From NCBI GenBank assembly GCA_964592605.1, contig CAZQFP010000001.1, positions 6,755 to 70,754 on the forward strand: a stretch of 64,000 nucleotides of DNA, written 5' to 3'. The notes below the pieces were generated by a model, which ran no database searches, was not told the DNA's origin, and was given only the letters and a program-made list of their open reading frames with translations. The stretch comes from an uncultured Clostridia bacterium. Lineage in GTDB: Bacteria > Bacillota > Clostridia > Christensenellales > Borkfalkiaceae. Below are positions 57,748 to 64,000 of the stretch, one piece after another (position 1 is the first letter of the stretch; the number at the start of each line of letters is the position of its first letter). The position numbers were made by a program, and so were the translations under genes.

Positions 57748-58257
57748 TTAAAAATCATCGTCGTCATCGTCTTCTTCGTCGTCATACTCGTCGTCATCGT
57801 CTTCTTCGTCGTCGTATTCGTCCAAATCGCCGTCCAAATCGTCAAGTTCGTCTTCGCCGTCGTAGTACTCGTCGTCATCGTCTTCGTTTTCGGCGAACTC
57901 TTCTTCTATTTCTTCCTGTAACTCTTCGTCTACGGTAAGGTCGCCGTCGTCTTCTTCAATGTAGTTTTTCCACTCTTCGTCCTTGTCAATGTCAACTTCC
58001 TGCTCTTCTTCGTAGTCTTGCTGCTGTTTGCAGGTTTCGCACATTTTTTCGCCGGCTTTTATATGATTAACTCCGCAAACGGGGCAAAGTTCAACCTGTT
58101 CAAGCTCGGCGTCCAACTCTTCGTAATCGTCGACGTCAAGGTCTGCGAACTGCAACTTGTTGCCCTTCATTTCGGCAATACAAACGTCGCAGTATTCCTG
58201 TTTATCGGAGTCTATATAATTCAATTCGCATCTGGGACATTTAACGTATCTGACCAT
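57748..58257 (-). CDS. double zinc-ribbon protein with extremely acidic C-terminal tail
   Basis: CPRC...CDVC and CPVC...CETC pairs. The last ~90 residues are almost only Asp/Glu/Tyr and end in DDDDDDF. Confidence 0.6.
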   Translation of the reverse strand: MVRYVKCPRCELNYIDSDKQEYCDVCIAEMKGNKLQFADLDVDDYEELDAELEQVELCPVCGVNHIKAGEKMCETCKQQQDYEEEQEVDIDKDEEWKNYIEEDDGDLTVDEELQEEIEEEFAENEDDDDEYYDGEDELDDLDGDLDEYDDEEDDDDEYDDEEDDDDDDF

Positions 58258-58522
58258 AAAAACTTTCTCCGTTTTTTATAACATATGCCGCAACTCGGAT
58301 ATATGCTTATTTACCTTTAATTTCGGTAACATTATATTAGTTATTAACCTGTTTGTAAACTAATTTAAAAAACTTTATTCGCAATTTTATAAATTTTTTA
58401 TATAAAATTGCCGCACGCAATGCGCCGTCCTTTAAAAACACTTTGCGATACGTAAATCAAGTATAATATTGCGCAAAAAAATTCCCGCCCATACACAGGG
58501 CGGGAATTTTCTTTATAATTTT

Positions 58523-60877
58523 TTATTTGTCGCCGTTTTCTTCAGTTTCGCTCTCGTCGCCGGCGTAAACGTCAATATTCTTGTCGTCGGTCGTGTCAAC
58601 CTTAATTCTTCTGCGCTTAGGTTCGCCGTCCGAGCTCTTGCGGCGGAATATGCGTTCAAGCACGTCCTTTTTGCCGCAAAGCACAAGTATAAGCGCAACG
58701 ATTGCCGCTAGAACTATCAGTCCTATAACGCACATACCGAATACAAAGAAGCCTTTCGCCACGTCGGAAAGTCCGTCCCACCAGCTTTCTTCTTCGGGCA
58801 TGCTCTGCAAATACGTGTTCTTGTAACCGTCCGCAAGCGCGTCCTTGTCGGTTTCGGTCATTTCACCGATAACCGAATAATAATAATCGCGGCGGTTTGC
58901 GTAAACTTCTTTGCCGTTCACGGTTTTCGTAGCCGAATAGTCGTAATCTCCGCTGTTCCACTTGTTGCCTTCGGTTGCGGGGTTAAGGAAGTCTTCGTAT
59001 TCTTTAAGCGTCTTTTCGGAATAAATAAGGTCCGCGTCTTCTTCAAGCTCCGCATTGACTGCAACCGCAAGCTCCTTTATATACTCGCTTTCGCCAGTAT
59101 AATATGCGTATCTTACCGCATTTTTAACGTTTGCATAGTCCTTTGCAGGGTACTTTTCGCTATCGTCGTATTCGTTGATAACCTTGTCGATGCCCTTGAA
59201 CTGTCTGTTGAGTTCTTCAAGCTCTTTGTTGTCTAAAATTTTGCCGTCTTCGCCGCGCAAATCGCAAGCCATAACGTAGTTTACGTTGGCAATATTAGTA
59301 TCGGTTTCGCTTGCAAATAAAAGCTGTCCGTCAATCAGTTCGGGAACGAACCAGTTCGAGCTTGCGTCTATATTCAAAATCCGCACGTCGGTGTAATCGT
59401 CCGCATCGCCGGTTGCGGGGTACTTGCCGTAAGCGCCCTTTTCGCCGGTGTACTTTATGCGGTTAACCGAATAGCCGTTACTTGCCGCGCCGCTAACCGA
59501 ATAATATACAAACTCGTCGTCGGTGAAAAGCAACGTACAAGTGCCTTCGTTGCGCAGATAATAGTAATCGTCTGTGCCGATTTTTTCCGAGAACTTGCCG
59601 TCTTTAAATTTGTTTACGGTAAGTCCGCCGCCGCTTTCGGCAATCAACGCGCCGCTGAGCGCGCCTTCGTCGTCGAATAAGAATTTATAACCCGTAGCCG
59701 AAGAACCGTTTTGAAGAAGTCTGTCTTCCTGCGCGGGGTTGCCTGCAACGGGGTTGTTTTCTTCGGTATTCCAGCTTGAAAGCACGCCGTCGCTAATTGC
59801 AAAGAGATTTTTCGAACCGTTGCCGTTGTCGTCTCTCGTATAGAACAACGTATTGCCCTGATAGGTTGAAAGCGTGTACGTATATCTGTTCGCGCCGTTG
59901 TTGGTTGCGCCCGTGGAGTCGTAGTTGAAAATAGTTGCGCTGTAATCGTCGTTCGCAAGCGTATCGGCTTTACTTATGCCGTCAAGTACAAGGTCGCCGC
60001 AGTTTATATATCTGTCTACCGTGCCTTCTTCTTCGTCGTCGTTCCAGCCTTCTATTTTGTCCGCGCCCACTTTATCGGCAAACTTGTCTTCGGTTGCCGA
60101 AGCCGTAACCGTGTAAATCTGGTTGTAGCCGTAATTCGAATCGGTAACGTAATTTCTTACGTTCATCGTATAGTAAACTCTGGGGTTTGTTTTGTCCGCG
60201 CCGTCGAAAACAACGCCGCCGACGTTATATGCAAGCAGAGTATCTTCGCCCGTAGCAGTGTTGTACGAATGAAGGTTGTTAACGCCCGTGCTCTCTTCAT
60301 ACAGCTTTTCGCTTGTAGCTACATATAAAATATATACCGTACCTTCTTCTTCAACGTATCTGAATTCGTACGTATTGGAAGGGAACTGCACGTACGCATT
60401 GTAAAGCGTGTCCGTTCCGTCGAGCTTGGTGCTCTTCAATTCGAGATAGTTATTTAAAATTGTGCCGTCCGAAGTTTTAGCCGTTGAAGGCGTAGAATAA
60501 TAAATTCTGTCGCCGTAAATATAAAGTCCCGAATTGTAGTCGGCGGTGTAAGCTACGTGCTTTGCAACCGGCTCTGCGCTGGAATAATTGCGCGCCGCCA
60601 AATCGCTTGCGGCAATGCGGTAAATCGCGCCCTTTACGGGTGTGCCGAAAGTATTGTCTGCAGTGTTGCTTTCCACGCCGTTTACAAAGTAAACGTAATT
60701 GCCCTTTTTAACGGCGAAGCCGCCGTTGGATTCCGCTTTGTCGGCGGTAAAAATTTCACCCTTTTCCGTGCCGAGCTGCGTTCCGCCGTAGTTTCCGCAA
60801 CCGAATGATGCGGCAACGCCGAATGCGGCAATTACTGCGACCGACGCGCATATAATTTTAGTAAAGCGTTTACTCAT
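58523..60877 (-). CDS. large extracytoplasmic protein with N-terminal lipobox and C-terminal TM helix plus cytoplasmic tail
   Basis: I prefer the ATG at 60877 (GGAG RBS 9 nt upstream). Lipobox ASFGC-GN. Tyr/Gly/Asp/Asn-rich beta-rich body. TM segment FFVFGMCVIGLIVLAAIVALILVLCG is followed by a charged 55-aa tail. Confidence 0.6.
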   Translation of the reverse strand: MSKRFTKIICASVAVIAAFGVAASFGCGNYGGTQLGTEKGEIFTADKAESNGGFAVKKGNYVYFVNGVESNTADNTFGTPVKGAIYRIAASDLAARNYSSAEPVAKHVAYTADYNSGLYIYGDRIYYSTPSTAKTSDGTILNNYLELKSTKLDGTDTLYNAYVQFPSNTYEFRYVEEEGTVYILYVATSEKLYEESTGVNNLHSYNTATGEDTLLAYNVGGVVFDGADKTNPRVYYTMNVRNYVTDSNYGYNQIYTVTASATEDKFADKVGADKIEGWNDDEEEGTVDRYINCGDLVLDGISKADTLANDDYSATIFNYDSTGATNNGANRYTYTLSTYQGNTLFYTRDDNGNGSKNLFAISDGVLSSWNTEENNPVAGNPAQEDRLLQNGSSATGYKFLFDDEGALSGALIAESGGGLTVNKFKDGKFSEKIGTDDYYYLRNEGTCTLLFTDDEFVYYSVSGAASNGYSVNRIKYTGEKGAYGKYPATGDADDYTDVRILNIDASSNWFVPELIDGQLLFASETDTNIANVNYVMACDLRGEDGKILDNKELEELNRQFKGIDKVINEYDDSEKYPAKDYANVKNAVRYAYYTGESEYIKELAVAVNAELEEDADLIYSEKTLKEYEDFLNPATEGNKWNSGDYDYSATKTVNGKEVYANRRDYYYSVIGEMTETDKDALADGYKNTYLQSMPEEESWWDGLSDVAKGFFVFGMCVIGLIVLAAIVALILVLCGKKDVLERIFRRKSSDGEPKRRRIKVDTTDDKNIDVYAGDESETEENGDK

Positions 60878-61019
60878 TGTTAAAACTCCGTTTATAAACA
60901 CGAATGTGAATACATTTTGTGCATACAGTCTATACGGTAAAAATTATAACCCAATCAAATTTTTTAAGCAATAAAAAACGGCTTGATTTTAAAAAAAACA
61001 ATAAAATAAGGAAATAATT

Positions 61020-61244
61020 TTGGAAAAATTCGCACTTTTGAATTTACTTAAAGCATTGCAGAGTTTGTCGCCGCAAAATCAAAGTCAGACTGAAAGCGGC
61101 GAAACGCCGCCACAGCCGACAGAAAAACCGCCAGTACCCCCTGCGGAAACCGTTAGCGTTCGGCAATCCCCCTACCCCAACGTTATGGCTTCGGTAATCG
61201 AACGGCACGAAGCAATTTCAAACCGCTTAAAAAACAAACGTTAA
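61020..61244 (+). CDS. small hypothetical protein (74 aa, Pro/Gln-rich), TTG start
   Basis: AAGGAA lies 6 nt upstream of the TTG. Low-complexity centre (PPQPTEKPPVPPAE). Coding status uncertain. Confidence 0.35.
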   Translation: MEKFALLNLLKALQSLSPQNQSQTESGETPPQPTEKPPVPPAETVSVRQSPYPNVMASVIERHEAISNRLKNKR

Positions 61245-61248
61245 CCTT

Positions 61249-61286
61249 TGTCATTCTGAACGGACGAAGCGCAATAAAAAATCTCA
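61249..61286. repeat. MITE-like repeat, left-arm half copy
   Basis: TGTCATTCTGAACGGACGAAGCGCAATAAAAAATCTCA. Starts 5 nt after the stop at 61244. Confidence 0.55.
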
Positions 61287-61308
61287 CTCCCCCAACTTAC
61301 ATAAAAAA

Positions 61309-61331
61309 GCCCGCAGGCGTAGTCTGCGGGC
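61309..61331 (-). terminator. rho-independent terminator of pfk
   Basis: GCCCGCAG / CTGCGGGC stem. On the minus strand it is followed by TTTTTTAT. Confidence 0.75.
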
Positions 61332-61356
61332 TTAAACAGCGTTATAAAAATTTATA

Positions 61357-62586
61357 TTACTTTTTTGCGTGAAGCCTTATATGGCGGGGCAAACCGTTTA
61401 CCCAAAGCGGCGTAATTTCAGCCTGAATAAGCGGCAAAATGTAGTGTACGAGTTCGGGCTTTACGTTGGTGCCGTCGTCGTTAATCCATTCGCGCGGCAC
61501 CTTCTTTTCAACGTTTGCAATAAGATGAACGTCGGCTTCTTCGGCAATGCACATATAAGGATCGTCGGAAACGCGCTTTAAGGTTATAACAAGACCGCTC
61601 TTGCCTGCAAAAGCGGCTTTAACGCCAGCACCGCCGCAGTTGAACGCTTCGGTTACGTCTATTCTCGACTGAATGTGCGCCGCACAGCGTTGCAACGACG
61701 AAAGTTCTATTGCTCTCGTCTTTACGCCGTACTTTTCGGCAACCTTGCCTGCAAGGTAACGCGCCGTGCCTGCAAGCTGTTTATGACCGAACGCGTCAAC
61801 GTAGTCAACGTGGTCGGAAAGTTCGCAAACGTATCTGCCGTCGGCGATTTTTACGCCTTCGGAAACGGCTATAACAACCGAACGCTCTTCTTTAAGCAGT
61901 TTGCCTACGTCTTTTACGAATTTATCTACGTCGAACACAACTTCGGGCAGATAAACAAGGTCAACGCCTTCGCAGTCTTCGCTCTTTGCAAGCGCGGTTG
62001 CGGCTGTAAGCCAGCCCGCGTTTCTTCCCATTACTTCTATTACGGAAACTACGGGGTAATCGTAAACCAAACCGTCGCGAATAATTTCCTTCGTGGTTGC
62101 CGCAATATACTTTGCCGCACTGCCGAAACCGGGAGTATGGTCGGTTATTGCAAGGTCGTTATCAATGGTTTTGGGAACGCCTATAAAACGGATGGGGCTT
62201 TTAATCTTTTGACCGTAGTCGGTAAGCCGCATTATCGTGTCCATAGAATCGTTGCCGCCTATGTAGAAGAACGCGTAAATATCGAGTTCCTTCAATATTT
62301 CGAAAATTTTATCGTAGGTCTTTTCGTTGCCTTTAATATCGGGCAGTTTATAGCGGCACGAGCCTAAAAACGACGAAGGCGTTCTCTTCAACAAGTCCAT
62401 ATCAAGGTCGTTTTTAAGGCGCGTTGAAAGGTCCACTATGTCGCCGTCCAAAAGTCCCTTAATGCCGTGCACCATGCCGTAAACTTTGTCCGCTCCCCTG
62501 TCCTTTGCGGTTTTGTAAACGCCCAAAAGCGACGCGTTGATTACAGAAGTAGGTCCGCCGGACTGTCCTACGATTACATTTTTCAT
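61357..62586 (-). CDS. pfk: 6-phosphofructokinase, long PfkA-family form (phosphoryl donor uncertain)
   Basis: I prefer the ATG at 62586 (GGGGGA RBS; MKNVIVGQSGGPTSVINAS). Motifs GGNDS, PKTIDNDL and MGRNAGW. 409 aa. Confidence 0.85.
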   Translation of the reverse strand: MKNVIVGQSGGPTSVINASLLGVYKTAKDRGADKVYGMVHGIKGLLDGDIVDLSTRLKNDLDMDLLKRTPSSFLGSCRYKLPDIKGNEKTYDKIFEILKELDIYAFFYIGGNDSMDTIMRLTDYGQKIKSPIRFIGVPKTIDNDLAITDHTPGFGSAAKYIAATTKEIIRDGLVYDYPVVSVIEVMGRNAGWLTAATALAKSEDCEGVDLVYLPEVVFDVDKFVKDVGKLLKEERSVVIAVSEGVKIADGRYVCELSDHVDYVDAFGHKQLAGTARYLAGKVAEKYGVKTRAIELSSLQRCAAHIQSRIDVTEAFNCGGAGVKAAFAGKSGLVITLKRVSDDPYMCIAEEADVHLIANVEKKVPREWINDDGTNVKPELVHYILPLIQAEITPLWVNGLPRHIRLHAKK

Positions 62587-62757
62587 TATTATTCCCCCGA
62601 GAATATTTATTTTTAAGTTGCAAAGCGCAAACCGCGCCAGCCGTATATTTGAATTATAATACAAACCGTTTAAAAAATCAATAGCAAATAAAAAAATCTA
62701 CGCCCCATTAGCATAGATTTTTAAGCAATTTTGTTTTTTGCAGATTGTAAAATACGG

Positions 62758-62958
62758 TTAATCTTCCAAACCCAACAAATAATCGGCGGAAACTTCGTAA
62801 AATTTACAAATACGTTTAATTATTTCAACTGAAGGCTGGCGAATACCGTGTTCATAATTTGCATATGCACTTAACGTCAGTTGCAGAGCAGACGACGTTT
62901 GTTTTAACGTCAGCCCCCTTTCAATTCTCAATTCTTTTAACCGTTCATATAATTCCAT
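62758..62958 (-). CDS. XRE-family helix-turn-helix transcriptional regulator
   Basis: 66 aa from ATG 62958 (MELYERLKELRIERGLTLKQTS...YEHGIRQPSVEIIKRICKFYEVSADYLLG), the classic Cro/CI-type HTH. The ORF-track TTG start at 62976 lies inside an operator-like repeat. Confidence 0.8.
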   Translation of the reverse strand: MELYERLKELRIERGLTLKQTSSALQLTLSAYANYEHGIRQPSVEIIKRICKFYEVSADYLLGLED

Positions 62959-62968
62959 ATTTATATTT

Positions 62969-63039
62969 TTACACAATTTGTGAAATAATACTTGACTTTA
63001 CACAATTTGTGCAATATAATTATTACACAAAATGTGTAA
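62969..63039. promoter_or_regulatory. divergent control region: three operator-like inverted repeats plus a consensus promoter
   Basis: TTACACAATTTGTG (62969-62982), TTACACAATTTGTGCAA (62998-63014) and TTACACAAAATGTGTAA (63023-63039). Plus-strand promoter TTGACT (62992-62997), 17 nt, TATAAT (63015-63020), with the middle repeat as its spacer. Confidence 0.65.
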
Positions 63040-63052
63040 TAAGGTAAATTTT

Positions 63053-63340
63053 ATGGAAGCTGAAAAAACTTGTAAAAATTGCAGATGGTTTTTACAACAT
63101 TACGTTAAGGGCAAAACTTTGTCTACTTATTTTTCAACAACGTCGTGCGGGCATTGCATTTGCCGCGAATTGACCTTAAAAGAGCGAAACCGCGTTCCAA
63201 ACGTTGCCGATTGCAGATGCTGGCAACCGATTGAAATTCAAAAAGCCGAACGACTGGAAAGCATTGAAGCAGTTTTGCGTAGTATGCAAAAGCATTTAAA
63301 ACAAATTGCTTTTATACTTAAAGAAGATTTCGGCAAATAG
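63053..63340 (+). CDS. small Cys-rich hypothetical protein (95 aa)
   Basis: I prefer the ATG at 63053 (TAAGG 9 nt upstream). The ATG at 63032 would lie about 5 nt from the predicted transcription start. Cys pattern CKNC...CGHCIC...CRC suggests a zinc-binding protein. Confidence 0.55.
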   Translation: MEAEKTCKNCRWFLQHYVKGKTLSTYFSTTSCGHCICRELTLKERNRVPNVADCRCWQPIEIQKAERLESIEAVLRSMQKHLKQIAFILKEDFGK

Positions 63341-63365
63341 CTTAGGAATTTGATTTTTGGCTTAC

Positions 63366-63414
63366 TCTCAAAATGACGGTAATTTAGTCATGTTGAGCCT
63401 TGGCGAAACATCCC
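63366..63414. repeat. MITE-like repeat, rearranged copy
   Basis: TCTCAAAATGAC (right-arm-like) followed by AGTCATGTTGAGCCTTGGCGAAACATCCC (left-arm-like), then AATACG. Confidence 0.55.
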
Positions 63415-63427
63415 AATACGTAAAAAA

Positions 63428-63450
63428 AGAGATGCGGTGAACGCATCTCT
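63428..63450. terminator. bidirectional rho-independent terminator
   Basis: AGAGATGCG / CGCATCTCT stem with a GTGAA loop. TTGATTTT follows on the plus strand and TTTTTTTACG on the minus strand, after rpsI. Confidence 0.75.
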
Positions 63451-63456
63451 TTGATT

Positions 63457-63870
63457 TTATCTCTTTGAGAACTGGGGTGCTTTACGCGCTTTCTTCAAGC
63501 CGTACTTCTTTCTTTCCTTAACTCTCGGGTCGCGGGTAAGGAAGCCAGCCTTTTTAAGTGCGGGACGGCATCCTTCTTCCGCCTGCAACAGTGCGCGCGC
63601 AATGCCCAAACGAATTGCGTTTGCCTGACCGGTATAACCGCCGCCGTATACGTTTACAAGAACGTCGTACTTAGCTTCTGCGCCGATAAGCGTAAGGGGC
63701 TGTTTTACAACGTACTGCAAAACCGACTGCGGAAAGTAGTCTTCAAAAGTTCTGTCGTTAATTTCTATAACGCCCGTTCCGGCAGGAATAAGACGAACGC
63801 GAGCGATAGCCTTTTTACGTCTGCCCGTTCCCCAGAACTGGAGCTTTTTCTTTAAATTAGCCTTTGCCAT
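63457..63870 (-). CDS. rpsI: 30S ribosomal protein S9
   Basis: [33 protein letters not shown], and C-terminal [21 protein letters not shown] at 63870 preceded by AAAGGTGGG. Confidence 0.9.
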   Translation of the reverse strand: MAKANLKKKLQFWGTGRRKKAIARVRLIPAGTGVIEINDRTFEDYFPQSVLQYVVKQPLTLIGAEAKYDVLVNVYGGGYTGQANAIRLGIARALLQAEEGCRPALKKAGFLTRDPRVKERKKYGLKKARKAPQFSKR

Positions 63871-63887
63871 AATATCTTTTCCCACCT

Positions 63888-64000
63888 TTAAAATAATTTA
63901 AGCTCTTCGGGTTTCTGCGCAGCATGATTGTGCTCGCCGCCCTTGTATACTCTCAGTTTTTTAATCATATCTCTGCCGAGCGAATTTTTGGGAAGCATAC
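63888..64000 (-). CDS. rplM: 50S ribosomal protein L13, 3' end only (cut by window edge)
   Basis: The minus-strand translation ...[36 protein letters not shown]-stop matches the L13 C-terminus. It lies immediately upstream of rpsI, as in the conserved rplM-rpsI operon. Confidence 0.8.
   Translation of the reverse strand, partial: MLPKNSLGRDMIKKLRVYKGGEHNHAAQKPEELKLF

Noticed and set aside
62665-63456. A prophage or integrative-element remnant, suggested by the XRE regulator.
   Set aside because: No integrase, recombinase, att-like direct repeats or other phage genes are present. Two small genes and their operators are not enough to call a mobile element, so it is reported only as a regulatory module.

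Overview
This is a 64-kb chromosomal window from an endospore-forming Firmicute, probably Clostridia-like, judged from a gerA-type operon, spoIVFA/B-like genes, spmAB, a CotF-like coat gene, veg and an Hsp33 gene. I call about 52 protein genes, most on the minus strand and tightly packed, many with ATGA or TAATG overlaps. No rRNA, tRNA, cas, reverse-transcriptase, integrase or transposase gene was recognised.

Three regions stand out.

(1) 1.6-24.1 kb is one co-directional locus. It encodes a 1475-aa GLUG-motif lipoprotein, a 2509-aa subtilisin-type protease with a leucine-rich-repeat region, another lipoprotein, and an atypical Opp-type ABC importer. The importer has a 923-aa binding protein, an OppF fused to a polytopic membrane domain, and an OppD with a lysine-rich extension.

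(2) 24.4-25.3 kb (minus) and 31.5-32.1 kb (plus) are two inverted copies of an element I cannot assign to any known class.
- Each is a tandem set of cassettes, and each cassette has its own near-consensus promoter.
- Each cassette has a hypervariable core of 77-80 nt between two invariant GC-rich motifs.
- The cores are stop-free and conserved at the amino-acid level, with synonymous codon variation, yet they lack start codons and ribosome-binding sites.
- Each array ends in a ~210-nt conserved RNA-like segment with compensatory stem changes and a double terminator.
- The two arrays bracket a 6.2-kb gene block.

(3) The rest is mainly housekeeping and sporulation genes: metG-tatD, rsmA, ispE, veg, pfk, rpsI and rplM. 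It also holds smaller oddities:
- a MalK-like ATPase with degenerate Q-loop, signature and H-loop;
- a divergent carbamoyltransferase;
- a possibly leaderless ispE;
- a dispersed MITE-like repeat;
- a PadR operon with an operator-like repeat in its promoter;
- an XRE module with three operator-like repeats.

All calls come from reading the sequence and ORF translations. No database search was run.
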